From Candidatus Limnocylindria bacterium (GTDB taxonomy: Bacteria > Chloroflexota > Limnocylindria > P2-11E), in NCBI GenBank assembly GCA_046262615.1, contig JBHEML010000008.1, forward strand, positions 720 through 64,719: a stretch of 64,000 bases of DNA, written 5' to 3'. A program made the position numbers and the translations under genes. Below, one piece after another: positions 26,879-36,136 of the stretch (positions are counted from its first letter, which is position 1; each line of letters opens with the position of its first letter). The notes below the pieces were generated by a model. The model saw only the letters and a list, made by a program, of their open reading frames with translations. It had not been told where the DNA came from and did not search any database.

Positions 26879-27901
26879 TCACGGCCACAGGGGGAGCGCC
26901 TCGAGGCCGCACGTCTCGGGGTAGCCGCGGAGCGCGTTCAGGTTCTGGATCGCCGAGCCAGCCGCGCCCTTGACGAGGTTGTCGATGACCGCCACGGCGA
27001 TGAGCCGCCGCGCGGGCTCGTCGACGGCCGCGTGGACGAGGCACCAGTTGCTGCCGAGCGTCGCCTTACTCGGGGGGAACGCATCGACGACGCGCACGAA
27101 CGGCTCGCCCGCGTACGCGTCCGCGTACGCGTCGCGTACGGCGACCGGCGTCACGCCGTCGCGGAGCGTCGCGTAGCACGTCGCCACCAGACCGCGCGTC
27201 ATCGGCACGAGGTGCGGCGTGAAGGTGACACGCGGCTCCACGCGGCCCAGTGCGCCGACCTGCTGCGCGATCTCGGGCGTGTGCCGGTGCCGAGGGACTC
27301 CGTACGTGCGGACACTGCCGTCGATGCTGCCGTACAGGAACGCTTCGTCCACGACCCGCCCTGCCCCCGAAACGCCCGACTTCGCATCGACGACGATGTC
27401 TCCGCCGATCAGGCCGGCGCGCAGCGCCGGCGCCAGCGCGAGCAGGGACGCGGTCGGATAGCAGCCCGGATTCGCGACGAGGCGCGCGTCGCGCAGGTCC
27501 TCGCGGGCGAATTCGGTGAGGCCGTACACCGCTTCGGCCAGGAGGTCCGGCGCTGGATGCGTGTAGCCGTACCAGAGGTCGTAGGCCGACGGGTCCCTCA
27601 AGCGAAAATCGCTCCCGACGTCGATGACGGTGCGCCCCTCCGTGAGCCATGCCGGCGCGAGCCGCGCGGCCTCTCCCGCGGGCAGCGCCGTGAAGACCAC
27701 CTCGGCATCACCCGGGTCGTTCCCCACGCGAAGCTCCGCCGGTGCCGAGTGCAGATGCGGCTGCACGTCGCGGAGCGCCTCCCCCTGGCGCGAGCGCCCG
27801 ACAGCCGCGACGAACCGCGCCTGCGGATGCCCCAGCAACAGCCGCGCGAGCTCGCCCCCGGCGTACCCGGTCACGCCAACCACGGCGACCTTCGTCGGCA
27901 T
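26879..27901 (-). CDS. argC: N-acetyl-gamma-glutamyl-phosphate reductase
   Basis: Track ORF. Motifs: VAVVGVTGYAGGEL, NPGCYPTA. Confidence 0.9.
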   Translation of the reverse strand: MPTKVAVVGVTGYAGGELARLLLGHPQARFVAAVGRSRQGEALRDVQPHLHSAPAELRVGNDPGDAEVVFTALPAGEAARLAPAWLTEGRTVIDVGSDFRLRDPSAYDLWYGYTHPAPDLLAEAVYGLTEFAREDLRDARLVANPGCYPTASLLALAPALRAGLIGGDIVVDAKSGVSGAGRVVDEAFLYGSIDGSVRTYGVPRHRHTPEIAQQVGALGRVEPRVTFTPHLVPMTRGLVATCYATLRDGVTPVAVRDAYADAYAGEPFVRVVDAFPPSKATLGSNWCLVHAAVDEPARRLIAVAVIDNLVKGAAGSAIQNLNALRGYPETCGLEALPLWP

Positions 27902-27919
27902 CGGTGGATTATGCGGTGC

Positions 27920-27937
27920 GATGGATAATTATGCAAG
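27920..27937. promoter_or_regulatory. candidate ARG box (ArgR operator) upstream of argC
   Basis: gATGGATAATTATGCAAg lies 19-36 nt upstream of the argC ATG. It matches the ARG-box pattern TG(A/G)AT-wwww-AT(T/G)CA at about 12 of 14 core positions. A half-site ATTATGC repeats 20 bp away at 27908..27914. This is an AT-rich island in an otherwise GC-rich genome. Confidence 0.5.
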
Positions 27938-28010
27938 GAGTGGGACCCGGGGCGGCACCGTCCTCGCGCAGACGCGCGACGAGTAATGCAGCGGCGGTAC
28001 CGTTCGCTCG

Positions 28011-29096
28011 ATGACCGAGCTTCGAGACGACGAGCGCTTCATGCGGCGCGCGCTCCGTCTCGCCCGGCGGGCGGCGGGACGCACGAGCCCCAACCCGATG
28101 GTCGGCGCGGTGGTCGTCGACAACGGCCGGATCGTCGGAGAAGGTTTCCACCGCGCGGCGGGTGAGTCGCACGCGGAGGTGAACGCGCTGGCCGCCGCAG
28201 GCGAACGCGCGCGCGGTGCGACGCTGTATCTGACGTTGGAGCCGTGCAGCCACCGCGGCCGGACCCCGCCGTGCGTGGAGGCCGTGGTGGCCGCGGGCGT
28301 CACGCGTGTCGTCGCGGCGATGCGCGACCCGTACCCGAAGGTGAACGGGCGCGGCTTCCGCGCGCTCCGCGAGTCGGGGGTCGAGGTGGAGGAGGGACTC
28401 CTCGCGCAGGACGCGGCGCGGCTCAACGAGGGCTTCGTGACGCGGATGCGCTACGGCCGCCCCTTCGTCCTGCTCAAGCTCGCCACGACGCTCGACGGGC
28501 GCGCGGCGGTCGACGGACGCCGCTATCTCTCAGGAAAGCGCGCGCTCCGTGAGGTGCACGCCCTGCGCGACCGGCTCGACGCGGTGCTGGTCGGGATCGG
28601 CACCGTTCTGGCCGACGACCCCGAGCTCACCGTCCGCGAGCGGCGCGGCCGCGATCCGCTGCGGGTCGTCGTCGACGCCGACGCGCGCACGCCCGTCGCG
28701 AGCCGGATCGTCCGCGCGCGCGAGCCGCAGCGCACCCTGATCTTCGTCTCCCGCGACGCCGATGCTCGGCGCACCAATCGCCTGCGGGAGGCGGGCGTGT
28801 CGATCGTGCGACTCACGCGCACCGCCGATGGCCTCGACCTGGCCGCGGTGCTCGGGTGGCTCGGCGACCAGGGCGTCAACACCGTGCTCGCGGAGGGCGG
28901 GCCGACCGTGGCAGCGAGCCTGCTGCGCGCCCGGCTCGTGGACAAGGTGCAGTTCCTGGTCGCGCCGGTCGTGGGCGGTGACGGCCCCACCGCCCTAAGA
29001 GGCGCGCTGCCCGCGTCCGACCTGCGCGAGGTCAGGGTCCGGCGCTACGGCGAGGACGTCGCGATCTCCGCCTATGTCGTCGCGGGCGAGCGCTGA
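28011..29096 (+). CDS. ribD: bifunctional diaminohydroxyphosphoribosylaminopyrimidine deaminase / 5-amino-6-(5-phosphoribosylamino)uracil reductase
   Basis: Track ORF. Motifs: NPMVGAVVV, HAEVNAL, TLEPCSHRGRTPPC. Confidence 0.9.
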   Translation: MTELRDDERFMRRALRLARRAAGRTSPNPMVGAVVVDNGRIVGEGFHRAAGESHAEVNALAAAGERARGATLYLTLEPCSHRGRTPPCVEAVVAAGVTRVVAAMRDPYPKVNGRGFRALRESGVEVEEGLLAQDAARLNEGFVTRMRYGRPFVLLKLATTLDGRAAVDGRRYLSGKRALREVHALRDRLDAVLVGIGTVLADDPELTVRERRGRDPLRVVVDADARTPVASRIVRAREPQRTLIFVSRDADARRTNRLREAGVSIVRLTRTADGLDLAAVLGWLGDQGVNTVLAEGGPTVAASLLRARLVDKVQFLVAPVVGGDGPTALRGALPASDLREVRVRRYGEDVAISAYVVAGER

Positions 29097-29686
29097 TGTT
29101 CACGGGCATCGTCGAGGAGGTCGGCGTCGTGCGGAAGGTGGCCGGCACCCAGTCGGGCGCGCGGCTCGAGATCGCGTGCCGGCGGGTCCTCGAACGGCTC
29201 GAGGCCGACGACAGCGTGAACGTGGCCGGCGTCTGCCTCACCGTGATAGCGCGCGTACCCGAGGGCTTCATGGTCGACCTCGTGCCTGAGACGCTCGCCC
29301 GCTCTTCGCTGCCCCCCGTCGGCGGCCGGGTCAACCTCGAACGGGCGGCGACGCCGGCGACGATGCTCGGCGGCCACATCGTGCAGGGGCACGTCGACGG
29401 GACCAGCGAAGTCCTCTGGCGTGAGGAGCTCGGCGCGGGCGCGCGGCTGCGGTTCGCGCTGCCGCCCCCGCTCTCGCGCTACGTCGTCGAGAAGGGATTC
29501 ATCGCGCTCGACGGCGTGAGCCTGACCGTCGCATCGCTCGCCCCGGCATCGTTCGAGATCGCGCTGATCCCCCACAGCGCGGAGCGCACCACGCTCGGCG
29601 ACCTGCGCGAGGGCTCGGTCGTCAACGTCGAGGCCGATATCATTGGTAAGTACGTCGAGCGCCTGCTCGAGGCAAGGATGCGATGA
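29096..29686 (+). CDS. ribE: riboflavin synthase
   Basis: Track [13 protein letters not shown]... with an internal repeat ([11 protein letters not shown]). ATG overlaps the ribD stop (TGATG). Confidence 0.9.
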   Translation: MFTGIVEEVGVVRKVAGTQSGARLEIACRRVLERLEADDSVNVAGVCLTVIARVPEGFMVDLVPETLARSSLPPVGGRVNLERAATPATMLGGHIVQGHVDGTSEVLWREELGAGARLRFALPPPLSRYVVEKGFIALDGVSLTVASLAPASFEIALIPHSAERTTLGDLREGSVVNVEADIIGKYVERLLEARMR

Positions 29687-30906
29687 GATCCCCCTTCGCG
29701 GACATCGAAGACGCCGTCGCGGACATCGCGGCGGGCAAGATGGTCATCGTCCTGGACGACGAGGACCGCGAGAATGAAGGTGACCTCGTCATGGCCGCCG
29801 CCAGCTGCCGGCCGGAGGACGTCGCCTTCATCCGGAAGTACGCGAGCGGCGTCGTCTGTGTGCCGATGACGGCGGAGCGGCTGCATGAGCTCGACATACC
29901 TCAGATGGTCGTCCGCAACGAGGCGCGCCTCGGGACGGCGTTCACCATCAGCGTCGACGCGCGGACCGGTATCGCGACCGGGATCAGCGCGGCGGACCGC
30001 GCGCACACGATCCGGCTGCTGGCGGATCCGGCGACCATGCGGGACGACCTCGTGAAGCCAGGGCACGTTTTCCCCCTCCAGGCACGCGAGGGCGGCGTGC
30101 TCGTGCGCGCCGGCCAGACCGAGGCCGCGGTGGACCTGTGCCAGCTGGCCGGCCTCGCACCGGTCGGCGTCATCTGCGAGATCACCAAACCCGACGGCTC
30201 CATGGCGAGGCTGCCCGAGCTGGGGCGGTTCGCCAAGCGCCACGGGCTGCGGATGATCACGGTGAAGGACCTAATCGCGTACCGCATGGGACGCGAGCGG
30301 CTGGTCGACCGGGTCGCGATCGCGCGCCTGCCGACCGCCCACGGTGAGTTCACGATCCACGGCTATCGCGCGCGCTATGGCACCACCGAAGCGGAGCACG
30401 TCGCCTTGACGATCGGCGACGTCGCGGACGGCGAGCCGGTGCTCGTGCGGGTTCACTCCGAGTGCCTGACGGGCGACGTCTTCGGCTCCTTCCGCTGCGA
30501 TTGCGGCGACCAGGTCGACGCGGCCCTCGCCCGGATCGCCGCCGAAGGCCGGGGGGTCCTGCTGTACCTGCGCCAGGAGGGGCGCGGCATCGGCCTCATG
30601 AACAAGATCCGCGCGTACGCCCTCCAGGACCAGGGCCTCGACACCGTGGAGGCGAACGAACGGCTCGGCTTCAAGGCCGACCAGCGCGAGTACGGCATCG
30701 GCGTCCAGATCCTCGACGACCTCGGCGTGCGCCGCGTACGGCTGCTGACGAACAACCCGCACAAGATGGTCTCGCTCTACGGGCTCGAGGTGACGGAGCG
30801 CGTGCCACTGGAGATGCCCGCGCGCCAGGCGAATCGCGAGTACCTGCGCACGAAGCGCCGCAAGATGGGCCATCTGCTCTCGGTGGTCGGCGGGGAGGAC
30901 CCATAG
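29683..30906 (+). CDS. ribBA: bifunctional 3,4-dihydroxy-2-butanone-4-phosphate synthase / GTP cyclohydrolase II
   Basis: Track ORF. Motifs: [40 protein letters not shown]. Confidence 0.9.
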   Translation: MRSPFADIEDAVADIAAGKMVIVLDDEDRENEGDLVMAAASCRPEDVAFIRKYASGVVCVPMTAERLHELDIPQMVVRNEARLGTAFTISVDARTGIATGISAADRAHTIRLLADPATMRDDLVKPGHVFPLQAREGGVLVRAGQTEAAVDLCQLAGLAPVGVICEITKPDGSMARLPELGRFAKRHGLRMITVKDLIAYRMGRERLVDRVAIARLPTAHGEFTIHGYRARYGTTEAEHVALTIGDVADGEPVLVRVHSECLTGDVFGSFRCDCGDQVDAALARIAAEGRGVLLYLRQEGRGIGLMNKIRAYALQDQGLDTVEANERLGFKADQREYGIGVQILDDLGVRRVRLLTNNPHKMVSLYGLEVTERVPLEMPARQANREYLRTKRRKMGHLLSVVGGEDP

Positions 30907-31454
30907 CCGGGAAGCGCCCCGCGGCCCGAACGGCGTCCGCCCCCGGCGCGCGCACGGCAGTCGTTGTCGCCGGCTGGAACTCGGAGGTCACCGCCCGGCT
31001 CGCGGACGGCGCGCTCGCGGTGGCCGAGGCCGCGGGCGCGAGCGCCGACCGATTCGACGTCGCGGGATCGTTCGAGCTGCCGGCGGCGGCGGCGATACTG
31101 GCCGCGACCGGCCGCTATGACGCGGTAGTCCCGATCGGCTGCCTGGTGCGCGGCGAGACGCCGCACTTCGACGTCCTGGCGCGCGCCGTCGCCGATGGCC
31201 TCATGCGCCTGTCGCTCGAATACCCGGTCGCGATCCCGTTCGGCGTGCTGACCTGCGACACGATCGCGCAGGCCAGAGCGCGCGCTGGAGGCCGGGCGGG
31301 GAACAAGGGACGCGAGGCGATGGAGGCGGCGCTCGCGATGGTGGCGCTGCGTCAGGCCACCGCGCCCACCCGCAGGCGCATCGCACGCCGCGCCGCGAGC
31401 GCGTCGGCGCGATCGACCTCGACGAAACTGACGCGCTCGCCCGGGACGAGCTGA
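30903..31454 (+). CDS. ribH: 6,7-dimethyl-8-ribityllumazine synthase; no canonical start codon, ATA 30903 proposed
   Basis: C-terminal part of track ORF 30462..31454. Motifs: [17 protein letters not shown]..., [34 protein letters not shown]. There is no ATG/GTG/TTG in frame between about 30780 and the conserved core. GGGGAGGA lies 4 nt before the ATA, and the ATA overlaps the ribBA TAG. Confidence 0.7.
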   Translation: MAGKRPAARTASAPGARTAVVVAGWNSEVTARLADGALAVAEAAGASADRFDVAGSFELPAAAAILAATGRYDAVVPIGCLVRGETPHFDVLARAVADGLMRLSLEYPVAIPFGVLTCDTIAQARARAGGRAGNKGREAMEAALAMVALRQATAPTRRRIARRAASASARSTSTKLTRSPGTS

Positions 31455-32257
31455 GCCGCACGCCCCAGGTCCGCGCCGATCACCGTGGCGATGACGGGGT
31501 AGCCACCGGTGGTCTGGTGATCCGCGAGCATCACGATGGGCTCGCCGCTCTGTGGGACCTGCACCGCGCCCGCGATCAGGCCGCACGTCAGGATCTCGCC
31601 GGCCCGGGCCGCGACCCGGGATCCACCGAGGCGCAGTCCCATGCGGTCGCTGTCCGGGCGGACGACGAATTCGGCGCCGAAGAAGGTCTCCATCGCGGCG
31701 GCGGTGAAGCGGCCGGCGTGCGGACCGCGCATCGCGCGGAGCGGCCCTTCGTAGGTGAGGGCCGCAGCGGCCACGCCGGCGCTGCCGGCCTCCACCGTGG
31801 GCGCCGCGAGCGGGAGCTCGTCACCCGCGATCAGCGCTCGGGGGAATGGCCCGAGCCCGGCCGGGACGTACGCCGAAAGCGACCCCAGCACCCCGCCTGC
31901 CGCGATGCCTCCGGAGACCGCGAGGTAGGCGAAGCGGCAGCGGTCTCCGCCCTCGATCACCAGCTCCTGGCCCGCGCGCGCGAGCACGGCGGTGTACGAC
32001 GGGAGCGGGCCGCGGCCTCGGAGCCGGGCGTCGCGGCCCGTCACCGCGACGACGCGGGCGTCGTCGCAGCGGAAACGCGCGGGGCCGCCGACGATCTCCA
32101 GGCCGGCGGCATGCGGCGGATTGCCGACCAGCGCCTGCGCGAGCGCGTGCGCCCATCGGTCGGCGGCCCCCGAGTTGGGCACGCCCGCCCGCAGGTGGCC
32201 CGACCGGCCGAGGTCCTGGACCGTCGTGCGCAGACCGGGGTGGAGCAGCACGAGCAT
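31352..32257 (-). CDS. pxpC: 5-oxoprolinase subunit C (allophanate hydrolase subunit 2 / KipA family)
   Basis: Track ORF. Motifs: TVQDLGRSGHLRAGVPNSGAAD, MLADHQTTGGYP. Confidence 0.85.
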   Translation of the reverse strand: MLVLLHPGLRTTVQDLGRSGHLRAGVPNSGAADRWAHALAQALVGNPPHAAGLEIVGGPARFRCDDARVVAVTGRDARLRGRGPLPSYTAVLARAGQELVIEGGDRCRFAYLAVSGGIAAGGVLGSLSAYVPAGLGPFPRALIAGDELPLAAPTVEAGSAGVAAAALTYEGPLRAMRGPHAGRFTAAAMETFFGAEFVVRPDSDRMGLRLGGSRVAARAGEILTCGLIAGAVQVPQSGEPIVMLADHQTTGGYPVIATVIGADLGRAAQLVPGERVSFVEVDRADALAARRAMRLRVGAVA

Positions 32258-32271
32258 CAGCGGTGTACGGG

Positions 32272-33006
32272 TCAGAGCGGGACGAAGCGAACGTGGTCAC
32301 CCGCGCGCAATGCGGCCGGTGGATCGGCGGTCGCATCGAAGGGCACGAAGTCCGTGTGGCCGATGAGGCGCCATCCGCCCGGGGACGCGAACGGATAGAT
32401 CGCCGTCTGGCCGTCCGCGACGGCGACCGCGCCGGTGGCGACTCGCGCACGTGGAGACGCGAGGCGAGGCGCGCGGATCCGCGGATCCAGGGTGCCCAGG
32501 TACGCGAAGCCCGGCATGAAACCCAGAAAGAACACGGTGTACTCGCGCGAGGAGTGGAGCGCGACGAGCTCGGCCACGGCGAGGTCCGACGTGCGCGCGA
32601 CCTCGGAGAGATCCTCGCCGTCGTAGCGCGTCGGCACGGGTACCAGCCGAGGGGCGGGTGGCACCGCCTGCGCGTTCATCGGGACCGTTGCCGCGGACAC
32701 GGCGACCGCTGGTGTTCGGCCCCCCGGCGGACCCGACGGGCGCCCTCCATTGCGGTGCCTGTGACCGGGATCTCCCGCTTGAGCGCAGGCGCGGCGCGCC
32801 TCGTCCCCGGCGGCGGCGCCGCTCAGGCGCTCGGGGTCGTACGCGAGCACCACCGAGGCGTAGGCGGGGACGGCGGGCCCGTGGCCGAGCGCCTCCCACG
32901 CATCGGCGATCGCGGCGGCGCGCGCGACGATGGCCACGTCCACGCGCTGTTCCAATTCGAGCAAGAGCGCACCGTCGCCGAATGGCGCGATCCGCGCCTC
33001 CGTCAT
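32272..33006 (-). CDS. pxpB: 5-oxoprolinase subunit B (allophanate hydrolase subunit 1 / KipI family)
   Basis: Track ORF 32272..33039 trimmed to ATG 33006 (MTEARIAPFGDGALLLE). Motifs: YTVFFLGFMPGFAYLG, SPGGWRLIG. Contains a low-complexity insert (GDPGHRHRNGGRPSGPPGG...). Confidence 0.8.
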   Translation of the reverse strand: MTEARIAPFGDGALLLELEQRVDVAIVARAAAIADAWEALGHGPAVPAYASVVLAYDPERLSGAAAGDEARRACAQAGDPGHRHRNGGRPSGPPGGRTPAVAVSAATVPMNAQAVPPAPRLVPVPTRYDGEDLSEVARTSDLAVAELVALHSSREYTVFFLGFMPGFAYLGTLDPRIRAPRLASPRARVATGAVAVADGQTAIYPFASPGGWRLIGHTDFVPFDATADPPAALRAGDHVRFVPL

Positions 33007-33022
33007 CGCCGGCCACCCCCGC

Positions 33023-33769
33023 TCATCGCGCGAGCGCACGCACCGCGACGCCGGCGGCGTCGAGCGCGTCCCTCACGGCGCGCGCCACGCGCGGCGCGGC
33101 GGGGGCATCGCCGTGGAGGCAGAGCGTGTCGACCTCGAGCGGCAGGAACGACCCGTCGGTGGCACGGACGCCGCCGTCGCGGACGAACGCCAGCGCCTGC
33201 GCCGCGGCCGCCGCGGGATCGTCGATCACTGCGCCAGGTAGTCGCCGCGGACGCAGCGTGCCGTCCGGCTCGTAGGCGCGGTCGACGAAGCCCTCTCGCG
33301 CCACGCGAACGCCGGCCCCGATCGCCGCGCGCTCCATCGCCGAGCCCGGCGGCGCGTACAGCGCGACGCCGGGCCAGGCGCCGGTGGATCGGACGATGAT
33401 CCGGGCGATCGCGTCGTCGCGCTCGCCCCGGTTGTAGAGCGCGCCATGCGCCTTCACGTGGGCGAGAGAGACGCCCGCGTCTTTCGCGGCATCGGCCAGG
33501 GCGCCGACCTGCGAGCGCAGGTCGGCGAGCAGCTCCTCCGGCGCGATGTCCAGTGCGACGCGGCCAAAGTTCGGCTTATCGCGGTATCCGGGATGCGCTC
33601 CGACCGCGACACCGTGACGAACCGCGAGCGCGATGGTCTCCCGCATCGTCTGGTCGTCTCCCGCGTGGGCGCCGCAGGCGATGTTCGCGCTGGTCACGAA
33701 CGGCATGATCGCCGCGTCGTTCCCCGCACCCTCGCCGAGGTCGCTGTTCAGGTCGATGACCACGCTCAT
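33023..33769 (-). CDS. pxpA: 5-oxoprolinase subunit A (LamB/YcsF family)
   Basis: Track ORF. Motifs: IDLNSDLGEG, NIACGAHAGD, VKAHGALYN. Confidence 0.9.
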   Translation of the reverse strand: MSVVIDLNSDLGEGAGNDAAIMPFVTSANIACGAHAGDDQTMRETIALAVRHGVAVGAHPGYRDKPNFGRVALDIAPEELLADLRSQVGALADAAKDAGVSLAHVKAHGALYNRGERDDAIARIIVRSTGAWPGVALYAPPGSAMERAAIGAGVRVAREGFVDRAYEPDGTLRPRRLPGAVIDDPAAAAAQALAFVRDGGVRATDGSFLPLEVDTLCLHGDAPAAPRVARAVRDALDAAGVAVRALAR

Positions 33770-33811
33770 GTTCCGAGCACCCGCGAAGTATCGCGGGACC
33801 GACGGCTCGTC

Positions 33812-33864
33812 GCGCGGTGCGGTGCCGCCCCGATGGCGCGGTGCGGTGCGCGCGGTGCGGTGCG
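33812..33864. repeat. three copies of GCGCGGTGCGGTGC, that is (GGTGC)2 units, in the pxpA/hppA intergenic region
   Basis: Copies at about 33812..33825, 33837..33850 and 33851..33864. A 7-bp hairpin CCCGCGA-AGTA-TCGCGGG sits at 33780..33797. Confidence 0.5.
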
Positions 33865-33876
33865 CGCCGTACGCCG

Positions 33877-36021
33877 CTAGACGAACAGCGGCGCGAGCAC
33901 CAAGGTGATGGTCGCCAGCAGCTTGATCAGCACGTGCAGGCTCGGGCCAGCGGTGTCCTTGAACGGGTCACCGACGGTGTCGCCGACGACCGCGGCTGCG
34001 TGGGGAGCGCTGCCCTTGCCCACGACGTGCCCATGCTCGTCCTTGAGCTGGCCCGATTCGATGTACTTCTTCGCGTTGTCCCACGCGCCTCCCGCGTTGT
34101 TCAGCACGGTGGCCAGGATCACGCCCGTCATCGTCCCGACCATGAGGAGCGCGGCCTCGGCCTCCGCCTTGAGAACTATGCCCACGACGATCGGCGCGGC
34201 GATCGCGAGGATCCCCGGCGGGATCATGTTCCGCAGCGCCGAGGCGGTCGTTATGTCGACGACGCGCGCGTAGTCCGGGCGCTCGGTCCCGGCCATGATC
34301 CCGGGATGCTCGCGGAACTGCGTGCGCACCTCCTGGATGATCGCGGCTCCCGCGCGGCCCACGGCGCGGATCGCGAGCGAGCTGAAGAGGAACACGAGCA
34401 TCGCACCGAGGAAGCCCCCGAGGAACACGTCGACCTTCGCGAGGTCGACCACGTGGAAGTCGGCGGGCTCGATGCCCGCGGTGCGGCGCAGGTCGGTGAC
34501 CTTGTCGAGGTACGCGCTGAAGAGCAGGAACGCGGCGAGCGCGGCCGAACCGACCGCGTAGCCCTTCGTCAGAGCCTTTGTCGTGTTGCCGACCGAGTCC
34601 AGCCGGTCGGTGCGCTCCCGCGTCTCCTCCGACGCCCGCGCCATCGACGCCACGCCGCCGGCGTTGTCGGTGATGGGACCGAAGGTGTCCATCGCGAGGA
34701 TGAACGCCGCGGTCATCAGCATGCCCATCGTCGCGACGGCCGTGCCGTAGATGCCCCCGTGCGGCAGGCCGGTGTCGTCCGCCCAGCGCTGCCCGAAGTA
34801 GTGCGATAGGAAGAGCGCGATGGTGATCGCGATGACGGATGAAGCCGTCGTCTCGAAGCCCACGGCGGTGCCGGAGATGATCGTCGTCGCCGGCCCCGTC
34901 TTGGCGGCCTCGGCGATCTCCTTGACGGGGCGCCACGCGCCCGAGGTGTAGTACTGGGTGATGAATACGAACGCGAGGCTCGTCAGGATCCCGACCACGC
35001 CTGCGTAGAAGAACCAGTATCCCCCGCCCTTCTCGTTCAGCATCGACTGGGTCACCACGAACATCGCGGCGATGCACATGGCGACGGTGATGTAGTAGCC
35101 GAGATTCAGCGACGACATGGGGTCGCGCTTCTCGTCCCCGCGCACGAGGAATATGCCGATGACGCTGGCGATGAGGCCGAAGCCCCGGACGACAAGGGGG
35201 AAGAGGATCCACGCCGGGTTGTGGGTCACCGCGAAGATCGCGACGCCGAGGATCATCGCGCCGATGTTCTCCGCCGCGGTCGACTCGAACAGGTCGGCGC
35301 CACGGCCCGCGCAGTCGCCGACGTTGTCGCCGACCAGGTCCGCGATGACGGCAGCGTTGCGCGGGTCGTCCTCGGGGATACCCGCCTCCACCTTGCCAAC
35401 GAGGTCCGCGCCGAGGTCGGCGGCCTTCGTGTAGATACCGCCACCGAGCTGCGCGAAGAGCGCCACGAACGACGCCCCGAAGCCGAAGCCGACGATGGTG
35501 AACGGCGCCTGGTCGGGCTTGGAAAAGCCGCCGTAGGCGATGAACATCACGAAGACTCCGATGAGCGAAAGCCCCACCACGAGGATCCCGGAAACGGCAC
35601 CGCCCCGAAGCGAGATCCGCAGGGCGTCAGCGACACTGTGCTGGGCCGCGGCCGCCGTGCGGAGGTTCGACTTCACCGCGACGAACATGCCGATGATGCC
35701 GGACAGCATCGACGCGCTCGCGCCCACGAGGAACGCGAGCGCGGTCTTCCACGCGAGCTCCTCACGCGACACCCCGGGCGCGGTCTCAAAGAGATAGATG
35801 ACGATCGCGATCAGCACGGTGCCACCGAGCGCCAGGAGGGCGATGGTCCGGTACTGGCGCTTGATGAACGCGACCGCCGCGACGTAGATGGCGCCCGCCA
35901 CCTCCTGCATCTCGGGCGTCCCGGTCGGCGAGCTGAGCACGTCGTAGGCGAAGTACGCGGCGACGGCCACGGCCACCAGGCCGGAGAGCGGGATCACCCA
36001 AGTGAGGGGCGAGGCGTCCAA
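33877..36021 (-). CDS. hppA: membrane-bound H+-translocating pyrophosphatase, K+-independent signature
   Basis: Track ORF, TTG start with GGAGG 4 nt upstream. Motifs: GGIYTKAADLGADLVGKVE, DNVGDCAGRGADLFES, GNTTKALTKGY (Lys in GNTTKA), VGDTVGDPFKDTAGPSL. Confidence 0.9.
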   Translation of the reverse strand: MDASPLTWVIPLSGLVAVAVAAYFAYDVLSSPTGTPEMQEVAGAIYVAAVAFIKRQYRTIALLALGGTVLIAIVIYLFETAPGVSREELAWKTALAFLVGASASMLSGIIGMFVAVKSNLRTAAAAQHSVADALRISLRGGAVSGILVVGLSLIGVFVMFIAYGGFSKPDQAPFTIVGFGFGASFVALFAQLGGGIYTKAADLGADLVGKVEAGIPEDDPRNAAVIADLVGDNVGDCAGRGADLFESTAAENIGAMILGVAIFAVTHNPAWILFPLVVRGFGLIASVIGIFLVRGDEKRDPMSSLNLGYYITVAMCIAAMFVVTQSMLNEKGGGYWFFYAGVVGILTSLAFVFITQYYTSGAWRPVKEIAEAAKTGPATTIISGTAVGFETTASSVIAITIALFLSHYFGQRWADDTGLPHGGIYGTAVATMGMLMTAAFILAMDTFGPITDNAGGVASMARASEETRERTDRLDSVGNTTKALTKGYAVGSAALAAFLLFSAYLDKVTDLRRTAGIEPADFHVVDLAKVDVFLGGFLGAMLVFLFSSLAIRAVGRAGAAIIQEVRTQFREHPGIMAGTERPDYARVVDITTASALRNMIPPGILAIAAPIVVGIVLKAEAEAALLMVGTMTGVILATVLNNAGGAWDNAKKYIESGQLKDEHGHVVGKGSAPHAAAVVGDTVGDPFKDTAGPSLHVLIKLLATITLVLAPLFV

Positions 36022-36039
36022 GGGACCTCCAGTCGAGGC

Positions 36040-36080
36040 AAAAAACTAGCGCTGGCCCCGACGGAGGGGGCCGAAGCGCC
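36040..36080 (-). terminator. terminator-like extended hairpin plus T6 on the minus strand, 18 nt upstream of the hppA start
   Basis: Minus strand reads GGCGCT-TC-GGCCCC-CTCCGTC-GGGGCC-AGCGCT-AG-TTTTTT (6+6 bp stem with a 2-nt bulge). An alternative hairpin GCCGAA-CGGCGC-TTCGGC (36087..36070) overlaps its 5' arm. TACAAT lies at 36094..36089. Confidence 0.5.
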
Positions 36081-36136
36081 GTTCGGCATTGTACGGCAGC
36101 CTCGCGTTCGCGCGCAAACGGACCTATCCTCGTCCC

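Noticed and set aside
25874-27928. 684-aa plus-strand ORF. Similar very long ORFs include 23137..24714 +, 31846..33399 +, 19894..20634 + and 1687..2514 -.
   Set aside because: They run antisense to, or out of frame with, genes carrying unmistakable enzyme motifs (argJ/argC, argG, pxpBC and others). They are extremely Arg/Ala/Pro/Ser-rich. This is the typical stop-codon-poor artefact of ~70% GC DNA.
27938-28010. FMN (RFN) riboswitch expected upstream of ribD.
   Set aside because: Only about 110 nt of intergenic sequence is available, and I could not find the conserved RFN core (for example GGUGAAAUUCC / GGAUGGGAGA-like segments). It would need an Infernal scan (RF00050) to be certain.
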